A DNA stretch of 64,000 nt. Source: Epithemia pelagica. Its lineage: Eukaryota > Protista > Bacillariophyta. Within the stretch, counting starts at the first letter, position 1. Every line of letters begins with the position of its first letter. Shown here in pieces: positions 29,968 through 39,169 of the stretch. Location of the stretch: contig OX337238.1 of the NCBI GenBank assembly GCA_946965045.2, positions 124,001-188,000 of the forward strand, read 5' to 3'. The notes beneath the pieces are model-generated. The model saw nothing but the letters and a program-made list of their open reading frames with translations. It searched no databases and was not told where the DNA came from. The position numbers and the translations under genes were made by a program.

Positions 29968-31369
29968 CGTTGTTGGCTTGGTATGAGATGCTGTACTGTT
30001 GCTTTACTTGATGGAATGATAGTATGTTGACCCAGCCGCTCTCATAGAACCATACGGCTCCATAATCTCGGACTTGGGCTGTTTGTGATGTGGTGATTGT
30101 TCCACCATGCCCCTTGATTCTCATGGTTTCTTGGCTAGGCTTCGGTGGACTGACGAGTAATGATGTGTTGGAAAAGATGTGAATGGTGGCCTGGTTATCC
30201 AGGAGGACCCATGTTGGTGGAATGTTAGTCTGTGAAAGCGTGGCAATAGAAAGACAAAGTGAGTCTGAGGCATTTTCAGATACACAACAATCAGCGGAGT
30301 TCGAACCTCGGTTGGTATCACTATGCTGTGACTCGTTGGCTGTTTCGCCAGTAGTTGGATAAGCAAGACCTGTATTGTCTGAGCCTTGCGCTTGCGAGCC
30401 ACTGTTTGATTCATTCTGGTTGTTGTTGTTGTTGCTGTTGAGCTCACGACGCCCCATGCGTGCATCGATAATTGCACGGGCATCAGCGAGATTTGATGGG
30501 TAGATGATGTGCCCATCCAAGAAGTTGTTGTGTAGATGCACTTCGTAGTCTTTTTGGCCGCAAGCACGAATAAATCGATTCGCTATCATGCGGTCCTGCG
30601 CTTCCTCGTTATCAGCCATTGACGGTGCACCTGGTCGGCCATTCTTTGCGGCGATTTCTTGGACATAGGCCTGATCGAAGAGGAGAATTCCTACCTCATT
30701 GATTACCTTGACCTTCGCCCGAAATGCCTCATAGAAACTATGGACAGACTGTCCGGGGTGTCGTTTCATCCCATAGAAATCGGCACGGATCTTATCCATC
30801 GCCATTCCAGTGTAGACCCTGTCGCTATCAAAAGTAAATGTCGTAGCCTTGATCAACTTCAACAACTCGATGCCGTCTCGATGAGCTTGTATGGAGGGGA
30901 AGGAACTATGGGCCTTGAGCTTGTCCTTCATTAGGTCCGTTGATTGACCAAGAAGAACACTATAGAGCGATGAGCGGAATCCTTCAGTAGCCACGCGCTT
31001 CTCGTCAATTGCTTTGTACTGAAACTCCCATTCTTTTATTTCAATAGGACTAGCAGTGTCGGATGGACGTGGTGGACGAGGAGGTGTAGGCAAAGATAGA
31101 TTTTCAACGGCACGCTGGAAGTCCATATTGTACTTCGGGAACTTGATGCCGATATATCCAATCAGCAGTTCCACGTTCCGAATGTATTTTTTGGCTTGGG
31201 CGTCTTGTGTATAATCAAACACGCATCCCTTCAACAAGGGTTCCTGCCCTTCAAACTTGCTCTGGCCATTGTTGTTTCTACCTCCACGTCCCCCACGACC
31301 TCGACCACGGTTATTGCCTCGTCCTCCTCTGCCACCACCGGAATTAACATTGTCTGGTGACTGACTCAT
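29897..31369 (-). CDS. gag: Gag-protease part of element 2
   Basis: RGG-rich N-terminus, collinear with element 1 Gag (FxGQEPxLKxCxFDY) and protease motif WVLLDNQAT. Confidence 0.9.
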   Translation of the reverse strand: MSQSPDNVNSGGGRGGRGNNRGRGRGGRGGRNNNGQSKFEGQEPLLKGCVFDYTQDAQAKKYIRNVELLIGYIGIKFPKYNMDFQRAVENLSLPTPPRPPRPSDTASPIEIKEWEFQYKAIDEKRVATEGFRSSLYSVLLGQSTDLMKDKLKAHSSFPSIQAHRDGIELLKLIKATTFTFDSDRVYTGMAMDKIRADFYGMKRHPGQSVHSFYEAFRAKVKVINEVGILLFDQAYVQEIAAKNGRPGAPSMADNEEAQDRMIANRFIRACGQKDYEVHLHNNFLDGHIIYPSNLADARAIIDARMGRRELNSNNNNNQNESNSGSQAQGSDNTGLAYPTTGETANESQHSDTNRGSNSADCCVSENASDSLCLSIATLSQTNIPPTWVLLDNQATIHIFSNTSLLVSPPKPSQETMRIKGHGGTITTSQTAQVRDYGAVWFYESGWVNILSFHQVKQQYSISYQANNDEFHVRSRTGALISCSIPHRRTH

Positions 31370-32025
31370 TCTTGTAGGATGATGAGATTGACGGGCTTTC
31401 GCTTAAATTCTTCGTTGCGTCTGGTGATAGGGTTCCAGACTTGGATCCACGTGTAAGTATCAGTGTGTCGAAGCACTGTTCCTGTTGCGTTGTGTAAAGG
31501 GTGTCGATGACGTGCGAGGCGAACAGGGGTTTCCACTCGGACTCGTGCTCCAATAGGTGGAAAGATAATGCCTTGTTGATTCTCAACGGCTCGGGCTTGC
31601 ACTTGTATGGCTCTTGGTTCGTTCACTATCTCGAGATTTCGAGGATCTTCGATCACAACTTGAGGTTCTTCAACCGCTTCCAGTTCCACAACTTGAGGGT
31701 TCCCTTCGCCCTGTGCTTGTGTTACTTCTGCCTCTTGTGCAATCCGATATGCCCTATCGCGATCGGCTTCTCGTTGATTACGGTGTTCTTGCAGGGCCCT
31801 TTGATGTCGTTCGTGTTCTTCACCTTGTGCTCGTCGATATCGTTGTTCCAGTTCTGCTGTATCGGCCCAATACTGTCGGTCAATAGCTCTGAGTCTGGTT
31901 TCGTGATCTTCGTTGAGTCGGCTGGCTTGCCCTTCGTGTTGAAGGTTCAACCGCACGAACTCACGGATTAATACGAGTACAGGCGTTTCGTCAGTAGGTA
32001 GGGAGTTTTGATTTTGATCCGACAT
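31366..32025 (-). CDS. Extra ORF1 of Copia element 2 (219 aa from the first ATG)
   Basis: Starts MSDQNQ at 32025, has a coiled-coil and a C-terminal domain homologous to element 1 ORF1. Its stop overlaps the gag ATG (ATGA at 31369-31366). Confidence 0.8.
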   Translation of the reverse strand: MSDQNQNSLPTDETPVLVLIREFVRLNLQHEGQASRLNEDHETRLRAIDRQYWADTAELEQRYRRAQGEEHERHQRALQEHRNQREADRDRAYRIAQEAEVTQAQGEGNPQVVELEAVEEPQVVIEDPRNLEIVNEPRAIQVQARAVENQQGIIFPPIGARVRVETPVRLARHRHPLHNATGTVLRHTDTYTWIQVWNPITRRNEEFKRKPVNLIILQE

Positions 32026-32059
32026 GCACTCAGGCTTTGAGGTGAACAACAGTGTTAAC

Positions 32060-32073
32060 TTCTTTTTAAAATA
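32060..32073 (-). promoter_or_regulatory. Non-tRNA primer-binding site of element 2 (sense TATTTTAAAAAGAA)
   Basis: Abuts the 5' LTR and is a perfect complement of LTR segment 32133-32146. Confidence 0.85.
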
Positions 32074-32451
32074 TGTTGAAACCAGTCAACCGATCGTGCT
32101 GTACAGGCAACAAAAGGAAACCAATTTACTTCTATTTTAAAAAGAATGAGCGTTTTGTTGCGTCTCCTCCGGTTTGTAATGACTGCACCTCTTACGTGGT
32201 TGCACCACTTGCCATTCGGCTTCCTTTGGGTTCGTCATCCTCTGTACTCTCTTGGGAGTCGCGGTTTGGTCCTGTGTTTCCTTGGGCGTGCTATCTTGTC
32301 TCAACAGACACCCTGCACGGGCCCATTCGGCAGTATATCCCCTCATTGATTCTTCCTTTTTGGACGATCTATATTCATAAAATCAGCAACGTTTGAACGC
32401 TCTCCACCAACCAACCAATCCATCCCCTTTCGAGAAAAAGCCAATCCAGCG

Positions 32452-34082
32452 GTGGCAATCCCTATGGTGGACCAGGAGGCGGAGGAGATCCCTACAATCC
32501 CTATGGAGGAGGAGGAGGTGGAGGTCCCTTAAATCCCTACGGAGGAGCCGGTGGAGGTGGCGGTCCGTTCAATCCCTATGGTGGAGGTGGTGGAGGTGGA
32601 AACTTTCCCGACATGATTAACAATTTTGGTGGTGGTGGCAATCAGCAAATGGGAGGTCCCCCGCAATATGGACGAGGCATGCAAGAACAACCAGAGGAGG
32701 AAGACGAAGACGATGAGGAGGATGACAAGCAACAACAGCAGCAGCAGCAACGTCGCGCTGCCGTGAACGAACCAAACAAGCCCAACGACACGGCAAACAA
32801 GAAGGACAATGACGAATGGGTCTTGCAACAAATTGTCCAAGGCAAATTGCAATTGGTGGATTTGGAACTCCGTCACGATCGGGTTGCGTTCATGTTGCAA
32901 AAGCATCAATCGTCATCGTCATTGGACTATGCCAAGTTGATCCAGGCCAGTTTTTGTCCCCTTGATTGGTCCTCGCACGAACAAGATCCTTCCCAAACAC
33001 CCATGTTCCGCATGGTGGTCCACCAATCGCCGCAGTGTCGCGACGAAGAGGATTGGTACGACATTGACTTGTATCGCGTCGTGGAAGCCCTCCAGCAGCA
33101 ATCCAGCACCAAAGCGGCCGCGCCAATTCTCGACGTGGCCGGAGTCGTCTTTCACGAATCGCGCTGTGGATCCACGCTCGTGGCCAATTTGTTGCAATGG
33201 CACAATCCCCAAGAGAATATTGTGTACAGTGAATCGGCACCCATGATTGCTGCCTTGACTGCCTTGCAAAAGAAACCACACGAAACCTCCCAACACGCCA
33301 AAGACCAACAACGCGCCTTGCATTTGCAAGTCTTGAGAGATGTCGTTCGTGTCATGTCCATTGCACCCGCCGCCTCCCACAAGCGTCGCGTCTTTTTCAA
33401 GATTCAATCCAAGGGCACAACGGCCCTGAACATGTTTCAACAAGCCTTTGCGGACACGCCGTGGATCTTTGTCTATCGCGATCCGGTCGAAGTCTTAATG
33501 AGTCATTTGCATCCGTCCGATCATCCCGACATGCGACCGGAACAAGCCCTTTGTGTCAAATCGCAACAGTGGGGACCCCCCGCGGACGTGAAACACGTTG
33601 TCCAACAGTATGCTCCCGCTGCCACGTCGGCCCGTGAGTTGACGCCCACGGACTATTGTGCCGCCCATTTGGCTACCTTGACCGAAGCCGCCACACGGGC
33701 CTTGACGTCCAACAGTAGTAGTGGTGGAGTGGCGGTGAATTACCAGGATTTGCCCACTATCTTGATTGAGGATATTTTGCCCAAGGTGTGGAAGTTGGAA
33801 GTCAATGAGGCGGCCCGACATCGCATGGAACAGGGCAGTACCACTTATAGCAAGGGGGGCATTCATGCCACATCCGACGCGCGCGGCAAATTTGTCAGTG
33901 ATGTCGCCTCCAAACAAGAACGGGCCTCCCCGGCCATTGTTTCGGCGGCACAAACCTATTTGCAACCCTCCTATACCAAACTGCAAGCCTTGGCCCACCA
34001 AGCCCACGAACACCATCACTTTACGACGACAACAAAAACAACAACATCAAAAACAACAAGCACAAGTACTACGACCAAGTAA
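32452..34082 (+). pseudogene. 5'-truncated copy of sulfotransferase-like paralog B (ORF 32613-34082) joined behind the FNT upstream region
   Basis: Highly similar to 14.5-16.1 kb but starts inside the Gly/Tyr repeats and has no TM anchor. The upstream 32307-32450 matches the FNT leader at 41040-41230. Confidence 0.75.
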
Positions 34083-34639
34083 ATGCGATATATATACATG
34101 CAAGTCTGCCGCAAACGGGGGTGTTTCACACATGTTCTCTTACAAAAAAAAACACGAGGGGTGAGTGTGGAATCCACAAAGGACTATTGTTTGAATTGAT
34201 TTATAGATTATACGTGTACCGATACGACTCTTTCTTGTCTCTCAAGTATACGGTAGCGGTTCTTGTGATTGTGTGTGTATGCGGCAGGAACCCAAGAAGG
34301 AAACAAGGTGGGAACCGCCCAACGACGACATCAGGACGAAACGAACAGAACGAGAACGCCCCTCTCTGGCTAGATCAGCCGAAAAATACCTACGTTGGAC
34401 TCCCCCACGAAGAAAAAAAGACTCTTGTTTTTCAATAGGACGACACAACAGTACTCCTGTCGTCGCGAGCATGGTCCAAACGCATTGGTCGATTTCGAGG
34501 ACTGTCTGAACTATGAATGGAGGAATCGAAACAAAAGTCTCCTCTCTGATTGACAATATCAGTTTCTATTTCTGTGTTCGCTTTTTTATTTATTTTCTTA
34601 TAAACTCAATTGAGCGGTCTTGGAGATCCACTTGCACTA

Positions 34640-36019
34640 TTACACCGCAACAAGAACAAACATCATGAAAAGACCAACAAGAACAGTGACCATTCCACCT
34701 CCGGCGCGAGCAAAGGCCGCACTCGTGCCAGTCAAGGAAGTGTCACCTTCCACCGCATCGACCGTGTCCTCCATGACTTGGACCAATTCCGTATAGGTGC
34801 AAGGCAAAAAGACTTGGGTACTGTCCAACGCAGCATCCTCACCATCGACCAAGGCACTGGGAGCGTATTGGAGACAAACGTCCATGCTCGTGTCGTCGTC
34901 ATCATTTTGGCTTTCGGCCAAGACGCGATTGTTATTGTCTGGCCCATCGAGGCTCAGAGTGACGGCCGTTTCTTCGGCCAAGGGATCGTCCAGAGAAGGA
35001 ACTGCAGCGGCACAGGAAACATCGCATGTCTCGTCCGTGATATTCGCCACTTGATTGACCAAACAATCCATCAATTCTTCCAAGGGATCCAAGACGCAGG
35101 GAGGACAACACGACACAATTTCACACGTGGGTGCAATGAGCTCGGTTTGAATGTCGGCACAGGTTGTCAAGGCGGAGTAATTGACGCCCGCAAAGGGATT
35201 GCCCAAGGGCAATTGCGCACTGCAATTGGCACGACAAGTGGCCGCGTTTTCACGACCACATTGATGCAAACTTCGAAGCGCTTGACGGATGCAAGAACGA
35301 GGATGATTCTGACGAGCTTCTTGAATCGTTTCATTCAAACAGTCTGCCACTTCGTCCAAACAGAGAGCCGTGGCATTGATAAAGCGTTGGCGGCGTTTTC
35401 GGCGGTTCTCGCGACGATTCTGGTATCGTTCAAACAAGTCCGACAAGGGCGTCGTATCTTCTGGTTCTTCCTCCACCTCGTCCACCAGTTCCGGATCATT
35501 CTCTTGAATGCATTCCACCAACTCAGCAAAGGTTGTGCCATTGGAGGACGTCTCGGGATCTCCCTCGGCATCAGTATCCACAACATTTGTATCATTGCCA
35601 AAAATGACACAGTCCTGACGATCCGCGTACCGTTTCACACAGTCGTACAAGTCTTGAGGATCGGTGGTGCGAAAACAACGAGGCAACCAGAGATAAATGG
35701 GATTTTGACTGGCCGCGTCCCAAAACTCTCCTGTTTTTTCCGGGCGATCGCTGTCTTGATCTCGGTCCGGACCCCAAAAGGGAAAGTTTTGACGAAAGTT
35801 GGCTGCCCGGCCACGACGGCCATCACCTTCTTCGGTTCCACTGCCTTGTTCCGTAGTCGAGCCATCACGCGGACCACCACCTAGACCAAAGCCTTGAAGG
35901 TTTCTTTGAGGACCATTGCCATGACGACCCAGGGCACGAAGTTCTTGAGAGGTGACACCCATCATTCCCACTGTCCAAAGGACAAAAGTCATTGCGCTAG
36001 AACTTGAAACCACCTTCAT
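34640..36019 (-). CDS. Cys-rich secreted/anchored protein, copy 2
   Basis: Intact 459-aa ORF nearly identical to copy 1. Confidence 0.75.
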   Translation of the reverse strand: MKVVSSSSAMTFVLWTVGMMGVTSQELRALGRHGNGPQRNLQGFGLGGGPRDGSTTEQGSGTEEGDGRRGRAANFRQNFPFWGPDRDQDSDRPEKTGEFWDAASQNPIYLWLPRCFRTTDPQDLYDCVKRYADRQDCVIFGNDTNVVDTDAEGDPETSSNGTTFAELVECIQENDPELVDEVEEEPEDTTPLSDLFERYQNRRENRRKRRQRFINATALCLDEVADCLNETIQEARQNHPRSCIRQALRSLHQCGRENAATCRANCSAQLPLGNPFAGVNYSALTTCADIQTELIAPTCEIVSCCPPCVLDPLEELMDCLVNQVANITDETCDVSCAAAVPSLDDPLAEETAVTLSLDGPDNNNRVLAESQNDDDDTSMDVCLQYAPSALVDGEDAALDSTQVFLPCTYTELVQVMEDTVDAVEGDTSLTGTSAAFARAGGGMVTVLVGLFMMFVLVAV

Positions 36020-36267
36020 AATGTTTGTTTCTATCCTTGTTGTTCTCTTGACCAGAAGTTAAATTGTGAGCTTAACGAGGGAGGATGATAGATGTCCAAT
36101 AGACTCTCGAATCCTTGTCCATGTGGTTGCATCTCTAGGTAGGCAACCGTACGAGTGCTACTACTAGAGGCTTTGAATCTTGACAAAATTTGATACGATT
36201 GCGACAGAATGTCAATCAATCCTACTCGCAACTTTGAATTAATCTGGACTATTGGGTAGTATTAATA

Positions 36268-36427
36268 CTTCCCGGTGTCGAGTCCTTTCAAGGAGGGACC
36301 GCCCGGCGCGGAGGGTAGAATGACGAGGAGGGCAATGGTCGAGGAGGGCGCACGCCCGACAAGACAATTGCCCGTCGAGTCATTCTCCCGACAAGCCGGG
36401 CGCGCCCGACGGCGAGACACAGGGAAG
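36268..36427. mobile_element. 160-bp GC-rich MITE-like element with TA flanks (Tc1/mariner-type signature)
   Basis: TIR CTTCCC(G/T)GTGTC, with TA on both sides (36266-36267 and 36428-36429). Absent from the homologous position in array copies 1, 3 and 4. Confidence 0.6.
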
Positions 36428-36438
36428 TAGTAAACTTA

Positions 36439-36631
36439 CTCCCTATCAAGCTGTGTAGGTAGTGAGGATTTCCTGGAAGCCATGTCACACAAGTGTCACA
36501 CAAGTGTCACACAATTGTCACACACGAGAGGGAAACCGCGCGACTCGCACGAAACTACTTTCCGGTCGTACAAAAATTCTTACTGTAGTATAAAAATGTG
36601 AGACGAACTACCTACACAGTCTGGTATGGAG
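36439..36631. mobile_element. 193-bp MITE-like element with TTA flanks
   Basis: 25-bp TIRs matching at 21/25 positions (36439-36463 and 36607-36631). TTA on both sides, internal GTCACACAA tandem repeats, and absent in the other array copies. Confidence 0.65.
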
Positions 36632-36896
36632 TTAGATTGAGTCTTTCTTGATGGCACTCGATTGGGTTTAGAATTCAGTCACAGTTCCGAATCAAGAAAA
36701 TCCGACTTCTGCATCATATCGATCCAATAATGAACAGGTACATATTATTGGTATATTAGATTAGATGCGAACTGATTGGTTGTAGAAGACGAAATGACCG
36801 GTACTGGGTAGGTTCCGAATAGCTACCCCTTCCAATGAGACTCCGTGATTCAGGAAATTACGTCTCAATGCGGTATCTCTCTCTCGAACTTTTTTG

Positions 36897-36953
36897 CATC
36901 ACTTTACCACGACAACAACAACAAAAACAACAAGCACCACCACGACCAAGTAA
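36897..36953 (+). pseudogene. Last ~18 codons of the sulfotransferase-like gene joined to truncated repeat R
   Basis: CATCACTTTAC..ACGACCAAGTAA matches 16020-16088, followed by the same 3' flank. The junction has 2-bp CA microhomology. Confidence 0.8.
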
Positions 36954-37505
36954 ATGCGGTATATATACATGCAAGTCTGCAGCAAACGGGTGTGTTTCAC
37001 ACATGTTCTCTTACCAAAAGACACGAGGGGTGAGTGTGGCATGGAGAAACAACTACTGTATGAATTGATTTATAGATGATTCTACATGTACCGATACGAC
37101 TCTTCTTTGTCTCAAGTATACGGTAGCGTTTCTTGTGATTGTGTGTGTGTGTGTGTGCGGCAGGAACCCAAGAAGAAAACAAGGATGGAACCGCCCAACC
37201 ACGACATCAGGACGAAACGAACAGAACGAGAAAAACCCACTCTGACTCCATCAACCAAAAAATACCTACACGTTGGACTCCCCACGAAGATAGTCTTGTC
37301 TTTTTATCGGACGACATCACAGCGCTCCCGTCGTCACGAGCATGATCAAACGCAGTTGTGGTCGATTTCGAAGACTGTGAACTATAGATGGAGGAATCGA
37401 AACAAGTCTTCTTTGTGATTGACAATATCAGTTTCTATTTCTGTGTTCGCTTATTTATTTTTTCATTATAAAACTCAATGGAGCGGTCTTGGAGATCCAC
37501 TTGCA

Positions 37506-38888
37506 CTATTTCACCGCAACAAGAACAAACAACATGAAAAGACCAACAAGAACAGTGACCATTCCACCTCCGGCGCGAGCAAAGGCCGCACTCGTGCCAG
37601 TCAAGGAAGTGTCACCTTCCACCGCATCGACCGTGTCCTCCATGACTTGGACCAATTCCGTATAGGTGCAAGGCAAAAAGACTTGGGTACTGTCCAACGC
37701 AGCATCCTCACCATCGACCAAGGCACTGGGAGCGTATTGGAGACAAACGTCCATGCTCGTGTCGTCGTCATCATTTTGGCTTTCGGCCAAGACGCGATTG
37801 TTATTGTCTGGCCCGTCGAGGCTCAGAGTGACGGCCGTTTCTTCGGCCAAGGGATCGTCCAGAGAAGGAACTGCAGCGGCACAGGAAACATCGCATGTCT
37901 CGTCCGTGATATTCGCCACTTGATTGACCAAACAATCCATCAATTCCTCCAAGGGATCCAAGGCACAGGGAGGACAACACGACACAATTTCACACGTGGG
38001 TGCAATGAGCTCGGTTTGAATGTCGGCACAGGTTGTCAAGGCGGAGTAATTGACGCCCGCAAAGGGATTGTCCAAGGGCAATTGCGCACTGCAATTGGCA
38101 CGACAAGTGGCCGCATTTTCACGACCACATTGATGCAAACTTCGAAGCGCTTGACGGATGCAAGAACGAGGATGATTCTGACGAGCTTCTTGAATCGTTT
38201 CATTCAAACAGTCTGCCACTTCGTCCAAACAGGGAGCCGTGGCATTGATAAAGCGTTTTCGGCGTTTTCGGCGGTTCTCGCGACGATTCTGGTATCGTTC
38301 AAACAAGTCCGACAAGGGCGTCGTATCTTCTGGTTCTTCCTCCACCTCGTCCACCAGTTCCAGATCATTCTCTTGAATGCATTCCACCAACTCAGCAAAG
38401 GTTGTGCCATTGGAGGACGTCTCGGGATCTCCCTCGGCATCAGTATCCACAACATTTGTATCATTGCCAAAAATGACACAGTCCTGACGATCCGCGTACC
38501 GTTTCACACAGTCGTACAAGTCTTGAGGATCGGTGGTGCGAAAACAACGAGGCAACCAGAGATAAATGGGATTTTGACTGGCCGCGTCCCAAAACTCTCC
38601 TGTTTTTTCCGGGCGATCGCTGTCTTGATCTCGGTCCGGACCCCAAAAGGGAAAGTTTTGACGAAAGTTGGCTGCCCGGCCACGACGGCCATCACCTTCT
38701 TCGGTTCCACTGCCTTGTTCCGTAGTCGAGCCATCACGCGGACCACCACCTAGACCAAAGCCTTGAAGGTTTCCTTGAGGACCATTGCCATGACGACCCA
38801 GGGCACGAAGTTCTTGAGAGGTGACACCAATCATTACCACTGTCCAAAGGATAAAAGTCATTGCGCTAGAACTTGAAACCACCTTCAT
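37506..38888 (-). CDS. Cys-rich secreted/anchored protein, copy 3
   Basis: Intact 460-aa ORF nearly identical to copies 1 and 2. Confidence 0.75.
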   Translation of the reverse strand: MKVVSSSSAMTFILWTVVMIGVTSQELRALGRHGNGPQGNLQGFGLGGGPRDGSTTEQGSGTEEGDGRRGRAANFRQNFPFWGPDRDQDSDRPEKTGEFWDAASQNPIYLWLPRCFRTTDPQDLYDCVKRYADRQDCVIFGNDTNVVDTDAEGDPETSSNGTTFAELVECIQENDLELVDEVEEEPEDTTPLSDLFERYQNRRENRRKRRKRFINATAPCLDEVADCLNETIQEARQNHPRSCIRQALRSLHQCGRENAATCRANCSAQLPLDNPFAGVNYSALTTCADIQTELIAPTCEIVSCCPPCALDPLEELMDCLVNQVANITDETCDVSCAAAVPSLDDPLAEETAVTLSLDGPDNNNRVLAESQNDDDDTSMDVCLQYAPSALVDGEDAALDSTQVFLPCTYTELVQVMEDTVDAVEGDTSLTGTSAAFARAGGGMVTVLVGLFMLFVLVAVK

Positions 38889-39169
38889 AATGTTTGTTTT
38901 TATCCTTGTTGTTCTCTTGACCAGAAGTAAAATTGTGAGCTTAAAGAGGGAGGATGATAGATGTCCAATGGACTCTCGAATCCTTGTCCATGTTGTTGCA
39001 TCTCTAGGTAGGCAACCGTACGAGTGCTACTACTAGAGGCTTTGAATCTTGTCAAAATTTGATACGATTGCGACAGAATGTCCATCAATCCTACTCGCAT
39101 CTTTGAATTAATCTGGACTATTAGGTAGATTGAGTCTTTCTTGATAGCACTCGATTGGGTTTAGAATTC

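Larger units (their letters stand above)
26227..32306 (-). mobile_element. Ty1/copia LTR retrotransposon 2; gag-pol frameshifted by a 31-bp tandem duplication
   Basis: Identical 233-bp LTRs (26227-26459 and 32074-32306). GACAC TSD at 26222-26226 and 32307-32311. PPT-like GAAGGAGTG. Confidence 0.98.

Noticed and set aside
34610-35884. Long antisense ORFs (424-444 aa) over the Cys-rich genes, also at 37419-38753 and 42105-43388
   Set aside because: They recur only because the copies are near-identical. The frame is broken by TAG in copy 1 (16868-16870), and the translation has no recognisable features. These are shadow ORFs.
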